Of a stretch of DNA of 64,000 bases, positions 35,468-45,623 are shown one piece after another. A model generated the notes under the pieces. It ran no database searches and was not told where the DNA came from. It was given only the letters and a program-made list of their open reading frames with translations. The stretch lies in NCBI GenBank assembly GCA_964552315.1, contig CAZKGI010000017.1, positions 732-64,731 of the forward strand, in the 5' to 3' direction. Position numbers and translations under genes: made by a program. The DNA comes from an uncultured Akkermansia sp. (lineage in GTDB: Bacteria > Verrucomicrobiota > Verrucomicrobiia > Verrucomicrobiales > DEV007). The first letter of the stretch is position 1; each line of letters starts with the position of its first letter.

Positions 35468-37078
35468 CTAGCCGCCCTTCAACACGGAGAAATCCGCCAA
35501 GCTGAGGTAGAGGACGAGGACGAAGGCGATCAGGGCGAAGGCGAGGGGCTTGGCCCAACGCCAGGGCGTCAGGTCGACTTCCTTGCTGTCGTGGTGTTCC
35601 CAGGGTTGCGGGAGGGGACGGAGCTTGCTCATGATCCACTGAAAGAGCAGGAGCAGGGCGAAGACGAGACCGGCAAAGTGGAACTCGTGGATTTTTCCAG
35701 CCCAGGTGGAGAAGGGAGGGACGAAATAGCCGAGGAGCAGAATGACACAGCCAGCGACGAGGGCGATGTTGGCGGCAGGGCCACCGGCCCGGCGATTGAG
35801 GAAGCCCGTCAGCACCAGCGCGAAAATGGGGATGAAGTAGAGCACGTTCATCTTCTGCAGATAGGCGAAGAGGCTGTCCTGCCCGACGAGGAGCGGTGCC
35901 GAGACCATGGAGAGGAGGGCGATGAAGAGACCGACGATTTTGCCGTTGCGAATCACCTGGGCGTCGGTGGCCTGGCCGCGGCGGAAGATCTGCTGGTAGA
36001 CCCCCAGGGAGAAGAGGGTGGCGGTGGAATTTAGGGCCGAGTTGAAGGTGCTGAGAATGGCCCCGACCATGACGGCGGCGAAGAAGCCCGTCAGCCCCTT
36101 GGGGAGGACTTGGTGCACCAGGGTGCCGTAGGCGTCGTCGGGGGCGAAGCCGGGGCGATTCCCATAGAGGTGAAAGGCGACGATGCCCGGCAGGACGAGG
36201 ACTAGGGGGGCGATCACTTTGAACAGCCCGGCGATGAGGACCCCGCGTTGGCCCTCGGCGAGGTTCGTCGCGGCGAAGGTCCGCTGGATGATCTGTTGGT
36301 TGGTGGTCCAGTAGAAGAGGTTCAGCAGGAGCACGCCGGTGAAGAGGGTCGAGAAGGGGACGGAGGAATCCTTGCTGCCCAGGGAATTGAATTTCTCGGG
36401 ATGGGCCTCGTGAATGGCGGCGAGGTTTTCGAGCGGACCACCTGCGCCCGCGGCTTGCAGGGCAAAGTAGGCGATCAGAAAGGATCCGACGAGCAGGCCG
36501 AATCCATTGAGGGTGTCGGAGACCGCCACGGTGCGCAGCCCTCCGAAGATGGCGTAAAGGGACCCCACGATGCCGATGAACCAAACCGTCACCCAGAGCA
36601 GCACGCTGTCGTTCTCAATCCCGGTGAGCGATTTCAGGTCGAGCAAGCCCTTCAGTCCGACCGCCCCCGAGTAGAGGATGATGGGCAGGAGGATGAAGGC
36701 GTAGGCCAAGATGAAGACGAGGCTGGTGAGGGTGCGCGTGGTGGCGTTGTAGCGCTTTTCGAGGAACTCCGGGATGGTGGCGATGCCGCTGCGGAGGTAT
36801 TTGGGCAGGAAGAAGAGGGCCATGACCACCAGGGAGGCCCCGGCGATGACTTCCCAGGCCATCACGCAGAGCCCGTCCTTGAAGGCCGCGCCGTTCAACC
36901 CGACGAGCTGCTCCGTGGAGAGGTTGGTGAGGAGCAGGGAGCCGGCGATATACCCGCCGGTGAGGCTGCGCCCCGCGAGGAAGTAGCCCGTCGAGGTGCC
37001 GTGGTCGTCCTTGCGGGTGAGGATCCAGGTGAGCAGGCCGACCAGGCCGGTGAAGAAGAAAAAGGTGATCAGGGCCAT
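35468..37078 (-). CDS. Sodium:solute (sugar) symporter, SSS family
   Basis: YFLAGRSL, SLLLTNLSTEQLVG, YWTTNQQIIQRTFAA and STFNSALNS; about 14 TM helices. Confidence 0.92.
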   Translation of the reverse strand: MALITFFFFTGLVGLLTWILTRKDDHGTSTGYFLAGRSLTGGYIAGSLLLTNLSTEQLVGLNGAAFKDGLCVMAWEVIAGASLVVMALFFLPKYLRSGIATIPEFLEKRYNATTRTLTSLVFILAYAFILLPIILYSGAVGLKGLLDLKSLTGIENDSVLLWVTVWFIGIVGSLYAIFGGLRTVAVSDTLNGFGLLVGSFLIAYFALQAAGAGGPLENLAAIHEAHPEKFNSLGSKDSSVPFSTLFTGVLLLNLFYWTTNQQIIQRTFAATNLAEGQRGVLIAGLFKVIAPLVLVLPGIVAFHLYGNRPGFAPDDAYGTLVHQVLPKGLTGFFAAVMVGAILSTFNSALNSTATLFSLGVYQQIFRRGQATDAQVIRNGKIVGLFIALLSMVSAPLLVGQDSLFAYLQKMNVLYFIPIFALVLTGFLNRRAGGPAANIALVAGCVILLLGYFVPPFSTWAGKIHEFHFAGLVFALLLLFQWIMSKLRPLPQPWEHHDSKEVDLTPWRWAKPLAFALIAFVLVLYLSLADFSVLKGG

Positions 37079-37118
37079 GGGAGTGGGGGAAAGGGGAGAC
37101 CGGGACGGGGCGAAGCGA

Positions 37119-38255
37119 TCACTCCACGGTGAATCGATGGACCATTCGATGAACGTAGGTCTCTCCGGGCCGCAGCAGGGCCGAGGGCGCCTCGGGCTGG
37201 TTGGGGGCGTCGGGCCAGTTTTCCGTTTCCAGACAGAGGCCGCTGCGACGGGCGTAGCGCACCCCGCCCTTCCCCCGGATGCTGCCGTCGAGGAAGTTCC
37301 CGCTGTAAAACTGCACGGCGGGCTGGTTGGTGGAGAGGGTCATGACGCGACCGGATTGGGGATCGCGCAGCCGCGCGGCGGTGACCATGGCGCCCGCTTC
37401 CTGGCGATCGATCAGCCAGGCCTGGTCGTAGCCGCCCGCGAGCTGGAGCGCTTCCTCCTCCGCGTTGATGCGCTTGCCAATGACGGTGGGCTGCAGGAAA
37501 TCGAGGGGGGTTCCAGCCACGGGAACGCGTTTCCCCGTGGGGATGAGGCCAGCGTTGGTGGCGAGATAGTGACTGGCGTTGAGGGTGAGCTCGTGGTCCT
37601 CGATGGAACGTCGCGGGTCGCCGCTGAGGTTCCAGTAGCTGTGGTGCACCAGGTTGATCACCGTGGGTGCCTGGGTGCGCGCGCTCGCTTCCCAGATCAG
37701 TTCGTTGGCGTCGTTGAGGATGTAGACGACTTCGACCTCCAGTTCCCCCGGATAGCCTTCCTCGCCGTCGGGACTGGTGTAGTGCAGGCGCACGCCGCAG
37801 AGTCCGTTCTCCCGAAAGCTCTCCCCCTTCCAGAGTTTCTTGTGAAAGCCTTCCACGCCGCCGTGGATCGCACAGGGGAGGCCAGCGGGGGCGTTGTTCG
37901 TGGCCAGGGTGAATTCCCGACCGTCGAGGGTGAACTTCCCATGGGCGATGCGATTGCCGAAGCGTCCCACCGTGGCTCCGAAATAGGGCGGGTTCTCCAG
38001 CCAGTCCTCGAGTCGGTCGTAGCCCAGGGTGAGGTCGGCAAAGTTGCCCTCGCGATCGGGGGCGCGGAGGGAGACGAGGATGGCCCCGAACTCCGTGATG
38101 CGGGCTTCCAGGCCGGAGGCGTTGGTCAGGGTCCAGATCTTCACGGGCCGTCCGTCTGGAAGGGTGCCGTAGAGGGTTTCGAGGATGCCGGCCTCGGAGG
38201 AGGAAGGGGTGAGGGCGCTCATGAGCAGGGGGATCAGCAGGGCGGGAAGCTTCAT
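37119..38255 (-). CDS. galM: Aldose 1-epimerase (galactose mutarotase), with signal peptide
   Basis: YFGATVGRFGNRI, HGG, EEGYPG, NLVHHSYWNLSG, QFYSGN and CLETENWPD. Confidence 0.92.
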   Translation of the reverse strand: MKLPALLIPLLMSALTPSSSEAGILETLYGTLPDGRPVKIWTLTNASGLEARITEFGAILVSLRAPDREGNFADLTLGYDRLEDWLENPPYFGATVGRFGNRIAHGKFTLDGREFTLATNNAPAGLPCAIHGGVEGFHKKLWKGESFRENGLCGVRLHYTSPDGEEGYPGELEVEVVYILNDANELIWEASARTQAPTVINLVHHSYWNLSGDPRRSIEDHELTLNASHYLATNAGLIPTGKRVPVAGTPLDFLQPTVIGKRINAEEEALQLAGGYDQAWLIDRQEAGAMVTAARLRDPQSGRVMTLSTNQPAVQFYSGNFLDGSIRGKGGVRYARRSGLCLETENWPDAPNQPEAPSALLRPGETYVHRMVHRFTVE

Positions 38256-38319
38256 CAGGATCGGCCGATTCAAGCGCAAAGGGGGCCCGGAGGTCAATGC
38301 TGGAAGGGTTGCTAGGCGC

Positions 38320-39822
38320 TCAGCGCTTCAGCAGGCGCAGGGCGGCTTCCTCGAAAATGGCCTGCCATTCCGGGGCCAATTGACAGTCGCTGTCCTCCTG
38401 GGCACGACCCCGATTGCGGGCCTGTTCCGCCGTGGGCGCGTAGAAGAGGTAGCCATTGGTGTACCCCGAGACAAAGGTCAGTGGATGCGGGGAGCGCTCC
38501 TTCAGGCCCAAGCCGATTTCCACGGAGAGCTCGGCGGGAAAGGTGAGGAGGTGAAAATCTCCGACGCGCAGGGCGGCGGTTTCGGCGGTGAGCGTTGCGC
38601 CGCGCTCGAGGCGGCGCTCCTGGTGCCGGGCGAGGAGGGCGCGATTGGCGCGGAGGCGGGTGAGGCGCTCCATGATGCGGATGTTGGCCATGTAGGCCTC
38701 CATCGCGGCCCGGTTTTGGCTGTCGAGCTGTTCCCAGTCCTGAAGCCCCAGCTTCCGATCCTGGAGATAGCGCCCCGCGGATTCGGAGGGGAACTCGGGA
38801 TTGAGCCGGTACTTCACGTAGAGAGGCAGGAAGCTGTCGAGGTTCAGCGTGGTGCCCTTGAGGGAGGCGACCAGGGCATCGATCTCCTTTTCCATTTCCG
38901 CGAGACGCGGGCCGTGGTCCGCCCGGGGCAATGTCAGGGTCTCGCTGGCGATGGACAGCTCGGCCTCGGCGCGGGTCTCAATCTGGCGGAGGCCCTCGAG
39001 GGCGCTGAGCCCCAGGCGGGTGCCGAGGGGCTTGCTGTCGCGGGGCCGGTCGACGGACTTGTAGAGTACCGGGTTGATGTCCCCACCGCACCCCTGCAGG
39101 AAGAGGGCGACGGCGCTGCCGTCGCCGAGGTGGGCCTCGATGGTCTCCGCGGCATAGCCGCTGAGGTCGGCACTGTTGCTGCCGTCCGGCACGCTCATGA
39201 TGGGATGGCAGGCAAACTGGAAAACGACGGCCAGGGGCTTGCCGTCGTCGAGGCGGTCGAGGCGCAGCAGCCCGATCTCCGGATCGATGGGGCCCACCGC
39301 CGCGACCTCCGCATCCGGCGGCAGCGAGTAGGCATGGCGGACATCGGCCTCGCTGCCGTCCTTCAAGCGGAGGCGGCGATTTTCCATGATGCGGTCCTCG
39401 TGCCCGACCCCGGCACCCACCTTGACCGGGACGCGCCGCTCCCAGGCTTCCTGCACGGCGCGCAGTGTGCGTGTGGCCACGTCAGGGGCGACGATGGCGT
39501 GACAGTGACTGGCGTTGATGAGCACCGCTTCGGGCGGGATGCCGAGGGATTTCTGCAGGCCGTCCCTGACCCGGGCGAGATAGGGATCGTGAATTGATCC
39601 GATCTCGGCGATGGCGACGGCATCGACGGCCACCAGCACGACGTGTTGGTCGCCTTGTGAGAGGACGAGCGCCTTGACGTAGGGGGGATTTTCCTTGGCC
39701 GGATGGTCCGGATGGGTGATCTCGACCTTGGCGGCGCCGGCGAGGAGCGTTTCGCCGTGAAGTTCTGGTCCGGTGAGAAAGGCGAAGAGGGAGAACAGAG
39801 GGATCAACAAGAGACGGTCCAT
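38320..39822 (-). CDS. Exported neutral/alkaline-ceramidase-like hydrolase of unknown substrate
   Basis: Signal peptide; AGAAKVEITH, INASHCH, FLQGCGGDINP, PAELSVEIGL and GYTNGY..YAPT pattern. Confidence 0.65.
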   Translation of the reverse strand: MDRLLLIPLFSLFAFLTGPELHGETLLAGAAKVEITHPDHPAKENPPYVKALVLSQGDQHVVLVAVDAVAIAEIGSIHDPYLARVRDGLQKSLGIPPEAVLINASHCHAIVAPDVATRTLRAVQEAWERRVPVKVGAGVGHEDRIMENRRLRLKDGSEADVRHAYSLPPDAEVAAVGPIDPEIGLLRLDRLDDGKPLAVVFQFACHPIMSVPDGSNSADLSGYAAETIEAHLGDGSAVALFLQGCGGDINPVLYKSVDRPRDSKPLGTRLGLSALEGLRQIETRAEAELSIASETLTLPRADHGPRLAEMEKEIDALVASLKGTTLNLDSFLPLYVKYRLNPEFPSESAGRYLQDRKLGLQDWEQLDSQNRAAMEAYMANIRIMERLTRLRANRALLARHQERRLERGATLTAETAALRVGDFHLLTFPAELSVEIGLGLKERSPHPLTFVSGYTNGYLFYAPTAEQARNRGRAQEDSDCQLAPEWQAIFEEAALRLLKR

Positions 39823-39950
39823 GGGCTGTCGGGACCACTCTTTCGAATTCCCCCGACAGTGTCGAGGGCAAGTTCGCACGTGAGTGCGGCGCCAGGGCAG
39901 GGCGCCCCCCTTTGCGGGCTGGGTGATTCGGTCAGGGTGCCCGGGTTCGA

Positions 39951-40643
39951 TCAGTCGACGATGCGGCCGTCGACCAGGTGAACCGTGCGGTCGCCAATTT
40001 GCGCGAGGGATTGGTCGTGGGTGACGACCACCAGCGTGCGCTGCCGCTCGTTGACCAGATCGAGGAGGACGGACATGACCGCGCTGCCCGTGGAGGTGTC
40101 GAGATTGCCCGTGGGCTCGTCCGCGAAGAGAATGGCGGGATCGTTGATCAGGGCCCGGGCGATGGCGACGCGTTGCTGCTCGCCGCCGGACAGCTCCGAG
40201 GGGAGGTGGTGGATCCGGTGTCCCAGACCGACCCGCTCCAGCAGCTGGCGGGCGCGTTCCTTGGCGGAACGCCTCTGGATGAGCGCCGGGATGATGACGT
40301 TTTCCAGGGCCGTGAGCTCGGGCAGGAGGAAGAAGCTCTGAAAGACGTAACCCATGTGCGTGTTGCGCACGCGTGCCTGCTCGCGCCGGCTCAACGAGTA
40401 GAGCGAACGACCATTGATGAGGACTTCTCCGGCATTGGGCCTCTCCAGGCCGGCGAGGGTGTAGAGCAGGGAGGTCTTGCCGGCCCCGGAGGGACCGACG
40501 AGGAAGAGCGTTTCGCCCCGCCGCACTTCCAGCGACACCCCGCGGAGAACGTCGATGCGGTTCTCTCCAATGTGGAAGGTGCGCTCCAGGTCGCGGGCGG
40601 CGACGGCAATGTCAGGATCGTTGGGAAGGGACTGGCTGAACAC
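39951..40643 (-). CDS. ABC ATP-binding protein, LolD-like
   Basis: [33 protein letters not shown] and VVTHD; GTG start about 40643 is inferred. Confidence 0.85.
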   Translation of the reverse strand: MFSQSLPNDPDIAVAARDLERTFHIGENRIDVLRGVSLEVRRGETLFLVGPSGAGKTSLLYTLAGLERPNAGEVLINGRSLYSLSRREQARVRNTHMGYVFQSFFLLPELTALENVIIPALIQRRSAKERARQLLERVGLGHRIHHLPSELSGGEQQRVAIARALINDPAILFADEPTGNLDTSTGSAVMSVLLDLVNERQRTLVVVTHDQSLAQIGDRTVHLVDGRIVD

Positions 40644-40701
40644 GCCCAACCATGCCCCGTAAAGGGCTTGCGGACGAGTCTTTTTTCGCGATGACCACGA
40701 A

Positions 40702-41139
40702 TCACAGCTTGCCGCGGATCCCGGCGCGCCGGGCTTTGCTGGCCATGGCCATGGCCTTTTCGTCGCCGTAGCGCGAGATGGAAAACTTGGCGGTGCGGCG
40801 ACGTCCTTCCTTGTCGAGCCAGGCGGCCTGCCAGTACTCGTACACCGTGCCTTTGGAGGACTTGGATACGACGTGGGTGACACCGACGATGCCGGACTGC
40901 TTGATGCGGCGCTTCTTCTTCGCGGCCGCCTCCTGCTTGTACTTGGGCATCTTCTGGAGCAGGGCGTCTCGATAGGCCTTGGCGGCCTTGAGAGCCTTTG
41001 GCTTCCCGCCGAGGGACTTGTCCGGAAAGTACTTCTGGTAGTTTTTGCCTCGGTGGGTAATTCGGACGTAGAATCCGTGGTTTTTCTTCTCTGGTTGGTC
41101 GATGCGGGTAATACCGTAATTCGGGCGCGGAACGGTCAT
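40702..41139 (-). CDS. Tandem AP2-domain DNA-binding protein
   Basis: Two units, YGITRI..FYVRI..KYF..G..KALKAAKAYRD and SGIVGV..YWQAAW..RRTAKFSISRYGDEKAMAMA..R, match the AP2 pattern; very basic. Confidence 0.75.
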   Translation of the reverse strand: MTVPRPNYGITRIDQPEKKNHGFYVRITHRGKNYQKYFPDKSLGGKPKALKAAKAYRDALLQKMPKYKQEAAAKKKRRIKQSGIVGVTHVVSKSSKGTVYEYWQAAWLDKEGRRRTAKFSISRYGDEKAMAMASKARRAGIRGKL

Positions 41140-41268
41140 GGTGGGGAGGGCCAGACTGGGAATGGGAACCGACGGGGAACGTCCTGTTCACCCTAGGACT
41201 GACCATTTGTCTATCGTTTTTTAAAAAACGGGACAAGGGAAAAGGGCGTAATTTCTGTAAAAATGTCC

Positions 41269-41715
41269 CTAACTGAGTTGACGGACACCCTCATAGAGGA
41301 CGATTCCCACGGCCGTGGCGAGGTTCAGGCTGCGCCCCGCGACTTGGGGGATGGTTAGGCAATCCCCGCGGCGGGACTCTAACAAGCTCTCGGGAAGGCC
41401 GCGACTTTCGGAACCAAAAACGAGGGAATCGCCCCGTGCAAATTCCGCCTCCCAGTAGGGCCGCGTGACCTTGGTGGTGAGCAACCAGACCCGCGAGGCG
41501 GGGGGAATGGCGGCGTAGTAGTCCTCGAGGGAATCCCAGAGCACGGGGGAGAGCTCGCGCCAGTAATCCAGCCCGGCGCGCTTCAGGGAACGCTCGTCCA
41601 GAGAAAAACCAAGAGGCTTCACCAGGTGAAGCCTCGCTCCGGACGCATGGCAGAGACGTCCGACGTTTCCGGTATTCGGCGGGATCTCGGGCTGGTGAAG
41701 GACGACGTTCAGCAT
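41269..41715 (-). CDS. trmL: tRNA (cytidine/uridine-34 2'-O)-methyltransferase
   Basis: PEIPPNTGNVGR, RAGLDYW, FGSESRGL and RSLNLATAV (SPOUT fold). Confidence 0.95.
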   Translation of the reverse strand: MLNVVLHQPEIPPNTGNVGRLCHASGARLHLVKPLGFSLDERSLKRAGLDYWRELSPVLWDSLEDYYAAIPPASRVWLLTTKVTRPYWEAEFARGDSLVFGSESRGLPESLLESRRGDCLTIPQVAGRSLNLATAVGIVLYEGVRQLS

Positions 41716-41756
41716 GGAACGCCTCCGGTCCGGGGACCCGATCCGCGCTGCGCCGC

Positions 41757-42011
41757 TCAGGCCTGGGCGGCCTCGACGACGTTGACGCGGCGCCCGCCTT
41801 GGTCAAAGCGGACCGCGCCCTCAACGAGGGAGTAGATGGTGTAGTCGCGTCCGATGCCGACATTCTTGCCGGGACGCCACTTGGTGCCGCACTGACGCAG
41901 GATGATGTTGCCGGGCACCACGTGCTCGCCACCAAACTTCTTCACACCGCGGCGCTTGCTGCGGCTGTCGCGTCCGTTCTTGACACTACCTTGTCCTTTC
42001 TTATGGGCCAT
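41757..42011 (-). CDS. rpmA: 50S ribosomal protein L27
   Basis: [24 protein letters not shown]...GNIILRQ.GTK. Confidence 0.99.
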   Translation of the reverse strand: MAHKKGQGSVKNGRDSRSKRRGVKKFGGEHVVPGNIILRQCGTKWRPGKNVGIGRDYTIYSLVEGAVRFDQGGRRVNVVEAAQA

Positions 42012-42050
42012 GACTGCAGGGAGATTGGATTGGGATCAGGCGGTTTCGGC

Positions 42051-42359
42051 TCAGACCGAAACGATTTCGAGGCGGGTGAGATGGCGACGATGACCCTTGG
42101 TCTTGTGGTAGCCTTTGCGACGCTTGAACTTGAAGGCGATGACCTTCTTGTCGCGGAATTGGTCGATGACCTTGGCCGTCACGGCGGCGCCTTCGATGAA
42201 GGGCGCGCCCACCGTCAGGGAGTCCCCTTCGCCGGTGGCGAGAACCTCACCGATGGTCACGGTATCGCCGACAGCGGCGTCGAGTTTTTCGACGTCGATC
42301 TTGTCGCCAGCGGCGACTCGGTATTGCTTTCCACCAGTCTTGATGATTGCGTAGGCCAT
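42051..42359 (-). CDS. rplU: 50S ribosomal protein L21
   Basis: [15 protein letters not shown]...[20 protein letters not shown]. Confidence 0.99.
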   Translation of the reverse strand: MAYAIIKTGGKQYRVAAGDKIDVEKLDAAVGDTVTIGEVLATGEGDSLTVGAPFIEGAAVTAKVIDQFRDKKVIAFKFKRRKGYHKTKGHRRHLTRLEIVSV

Positions 42360-42427
42360 GGTTCTCTACCCTTGTTTCGGGGGCGGGGAAGTTGCCACTG
42401 CTCGGGGGTACGGGCAAGCGAATTTTT

Positions 42428-44221
42428 TTAGAGATACAGCAGCCCCTCTGGCGCCAGCCGCCTGATGGCGCCCACTTCGCGATAATCCGACTCGGGGGCG
42501 GCCTTCAGGAAGAGGCGCTTCCCCTCGATTCTCGCGGCGAGGCCGGGAAGCAGGTGCCCCACGGAGTCGGCGTCCCGACCTTTCTGGTATTGGCGCTGGC
42601 GGTCCTCCTCGGGATTGGGGTCGGGCCGGCTCATGCTGACGATGCGTCCCTGGCTGGACCAGGCGCGGCAGAGCGGGCGCCCGAGACGGGCTTCCGCTTC
42701 CTCCAGCCGAGCGGGGTCGGGGTTGCCGAAGACGATGCCCCAGCGCAGGGTGGCCGGCAGGTCTTCCGCCCCCAGCGCGTCGTAGAGGGACAAATGGCCG
42801 GCGAGCTGGGTGATTTCCTGCTCGGCGAGCGCGCGGGCGAGTCCCTCCTTGTCCGCGCGGAGGGCAAGTGAGCGGGAGACGGCTCGTCCTCGCCCCAGGA
42901 TGGCGCCCCAGCAGCCCAGAACCAGGCCCTCGGGGCTGGAGAGGGGCTCCTCCGTGTAGAGGGCATCTTCCCGGTCCAGGAAGTTGGCGGCGTAGACGCG
43001 GCGGACATCGCGATGGACCTCGCGTCCCGTCAGGAAAAGGGGAGGGGACTGGGGATCGGGGACCAGGCCGAGGAGTTCCCGATCGGGATCGCGGCGGTTC
43101 AAGTCGAGGCGCCAGGCGGTCAGCCAGGCGGGTTCGAGGACGGCGCGGATCCGCTCGAAGAGCCCCATGGGGGAGGCCGCGGCGGGCAGCAGGGATTTCA
43201 TGTCGATGAATACCCCTTCCTCGCCCTGCCAGAAATCCATGAGGTGGGGCATGAAGGCCCGCGAGGTGATGACGGTGCGGATGCCGAGCTTGGGCAGATG
43301 GCGGGCGCAGGCCTCGAGGTCCTCCTGATCCAGGGTGAAGGGCAGGTTCACCGGGGTTTTTCCGGCGAGAACCAGGCCGAGGTGGAGGATGGAGGGAAGG
43401 GGGCCGGAAGGCAGCAGCAGGCCGATCCGCTGGCCGAGTTCCGTGCGGGGCATGAGGCGCCGCGCGATGGTCACCGCCAGGGCCAGGGTCTGTGCCCGCG
43501 TCCAGAGGCGTGGCTCGTCCCGCCCGTATTCGGCGAAGAGCAGGCGCGAGCGTTTCCGCTTCAGCGCCCGGACCGCGGCGTGCTCCAGGGGGCGGGAAAA
43601 CTCGCGCCTTTGGGCGAAGGCCGCGCAGGATTGCTCCGTCAGGGCCTGCCGCAGGGATTCGATGTTCGCCTCAGTGGCCGGAATGGGCGGGCCAAAGGCA
43701 ACTTGAAGCGGACAGGGCAGGGAGCGGGGGCGCTTGCGGAAAAAGCGGCCGCGTTCGAAGGAGAAGATGGATTCGAAAAGCCCGTCCATGTATACCGGCA
43801 CGACGGGAGCGCCCGCCTTCCTGGCGATGAGCTCGAATCCCTTTTTTAGTTCTGTCAGCACGCCGAGTCGCGTCAGCCCCCCCTCGGGAAAGAGGCAGAC
43901 GACGTCGCCGGCCTGGAGGGCGGCCACGGTGAGGACGATGGCTTCCTTGGATTTTTCGGGACGAATCGGGATGGCGCCGAAGAGGCGCAGGAACCAGGCG
44001 ATCCCCTTCACCCGGGTGTAGCTCTCCAGCACCACGAAGCGGACCGGCCGCGGACAGGAAAGGTAGAGGATAAAGGAATCGATGTAGCTGACGTGATTGC
44101 TCAGCAGGAGGACGCCGCCTTCGCGGGGCACGTTCTCCGTGCCGACCCGACGAATCCGGTAGATCAGCCAGATGAGCGGTCGGAAGGCGTGTTGGAAGAA
44201 GGCTCGCGCGAGGGCATTCAT
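42428..44221 (-). CDS. Aas-like acyltransferase with degenerate AMP-binding domain
   Basis: PlsC motifs NHVSYID and FPEG in the N-terminal domain; the C-terminal domain has an acyl-ligase-like layout but lacks TSGSxGxPK and YGxTE. Confidence 0.8.
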   Translation of the reverse strand: MNALARAFFQHAFRPLIWLIYRIRRVGTENVPREGGVLLLSNHVSYIDSFILYLSCPRPVRFVVLESYTRVKGIAWFLRLFGAIPIRPEKSKEAIVLTVAALQAGDVVCLFPEGGLTRLGVLTELKKGFELIARKAGAPVVPVYMDGLFESIFSFERGRFFRKRPRSLPCPLQVAFGPPIPATEANIESLRQALTEQSCAAFAQRREFSRPLEHAAVRALKRKRSRLLFAEYGRDEPRLWTRAQTLALAVTIARRLMPRTELGQRIGLLLPSGPLPSILHLGLVLAGKTPVNLPFTLDQEDLEACARHLPKLGIRTVITSRAFMPHLMDFWQGEEGVFIDMKSLLPAAASPMGLFERIRAVLEPAWLTAWRLDLNRRDPDRELLGLVPDPQSPPLFLTGREVHRDVRRVYAANFLDREDALYTEEPLSSPEGLVLGCWGAILGRGRAVSRSLALRADKEGLARALAEQEITQLAGHLSLYDALGAEDLPATLRWGIVFGNPDPARLEEAEARLGRPLCRAWSSQGRIVSMSRPDPNPEEDRQRQYQKGRDADSVGHLLPGLAARIEGKRLFLKAAPESDYREVGAIRRLAPEGLLYL

Positions 44222-45546
44222 GCAGCCTTGGCCGGGGGGAGAAGGGCGGAGGTTTGGAGCAGGCGCAGGATGAGGAAACTGACGAGGAGGAGTCCGGGAG
44301 CCAGGACCAGGGTCTGGGTGGCGATCGGCAGCCCGAAATTCTTCATCCCCACGTTGGCAAAGATTGCGGCGATCCCGGCCAGGGAGGTGATCAGGTTCTG
44401 GGCCGAGAGGACGCGGCCGCGGTGTTCCGGTTCGATGCTGTCCTGGAGGTGGGCGCTCAGGGGGACGAGGAGGAAGCCGCTGAAGAATCCGATCCAGCCC
44501 ACGGCGCCAAGCCAGGGCAGCGATTCCACCTTCAGGGTTCCGAGAACGACGAGACCAGCCGTCATGGCCAGGCCTCCGACCACGGTGAGCGAGAGGCGGT
44601 TGCCCTGCCGAGAGAGGAAGGAGACCAGCAGGCTGCCGAGGATCAGCCCCAGGCCGGTGATGGTCAGCATGCGGGCCGAGGATTCCCCCACGCCGCCGGC
44701 TTCGGCATCGGGGTAAAGTTCCTTGGCGAAGCCGATGTAGGCAAAGCCGAGGAAATGGGCCACGAACCAGTAGGCGGAGATGAGCAGGGCGGTGCGCCGC
44801 AGAACGGGCTGGCGCAGCAGATAGGCCAGGTCGGAGAAGTGGCTGCCGAGAATGGAGGGGCGGAAGACCTTTCCGGGATGCTCGGGCGTGCGTTGGATGA
44901 GCAGGCCGAGCAAGACCGGAATGGCGGTGGCCGCGGTGCCCCAGGCGAAGAGGTGAAAGGCCGTGTTCCAGGCGTTATCCGGAGAGACGCCCTGGGCTTC
45001 GTGGCGGCGGGCCAAGTCCGCGTCGAACCACCAGCCAGCGATGGCCATGCCCGCGAGGATCCCGGCCATGGTCAGCATTTGCATGAGCCCGTTGGCCGTG
45101 CCGAGGCGCTTGGAGCCCACGATTTCCTTGAGGATGCCGTATTTCGCCGGGGAGAAGAGAGTGGATTGCAGGAGAAAGAGGAAGTCGGCAATGAGGGCCA
45201 GCTTCAGGGAGCGGATGGAAATGGCGTAGAGGAAGAGGCCGAAGATGAGCAGCTTGGCCAGCAGGGAGATCTGGATGACCCGGCTTTTCGGGAAGCGGTC
45301 CGAGAGCCAGCCCGCCGGGGGGGCGAAGAGGATGAAGGGCAGCACGAAGAGCGCCCCGATGATGTTCTCGATGTAGAGTGCCAAGGGGGTCCCCGCGGCC
45401 ACCACCACCGTCAGGGGGATGAGAACGAGCTTGGCGAAATTGTCGTTGAAGGCGTTGTGGGCCTGCACCACGAGAACGGCGCCGAGAGACAGCCAGGAAC
45501 GGGTGGGGAGGGGCGTTTCGGTCGGGGGGTCCAGGGGGTCGGCCAT
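44218..45546 (-). CDS. MFS lysophospholipid transporter (LplT-like)
   Basis: AHNAFNDNFAK, LPFILFAPPAGWLSDRFPKS, QSTLFSPAKYG and ANGLMQ; ATG at 45546; ATGA overlap with the acyltransferase. Confidence 0.85.
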   Translation of the reverse strand: MADPLDPPTETPLPTRSWLSLGAVLVVQAHNAFNDNFAKLVLIPLTVVVAAGTPLALYIENIIGALFVLPFILFAPPAGWLSDRFPKSRVIQISLLAKLLIFGLFLYAISIRSLKLALIADFLFLLQSTLFSPAKYGILKEIVGSKRLGTANGLMQMLTMAGILAGMAIAGWWFDADLARRHEAQGVSPDNAWNTAFHLFAWGTAATAIPVLLGLLIQRTPEHPGKVFRPSILGSHFSDLAYLLRQPVLRRTALLISAYWFVAHFLGFAYIGFAKELYPDAEAGGVGESSARMLTITGLGLILGSLLVSFLSRQGNRLSLTVVGGLAMTAGLVVLGTLKVESLPWLGAVGWIGFFSGFLLVPLSAHLQDSIEPEHRGRVLSAQNLITSLAGIAAIFANVGMKNFGLPIATQTLVLAPGLLLVSFLILRLLQTSALLPPAKAA

Positions 45547-45623
45547 GGCGAAGTATACTCTCCGGCGCAAGTTCGTAGAGAAATTCGTGCGGAATTCTTG
45601 GGGCGCCCTGCCCGGGTCGCGGG

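Noticed and set aside
42360-42427. Possible L21 leader or ribosomal riboregulator
   Set aside because: Only about 70 nt containing a probable promoter; no convincing stem.
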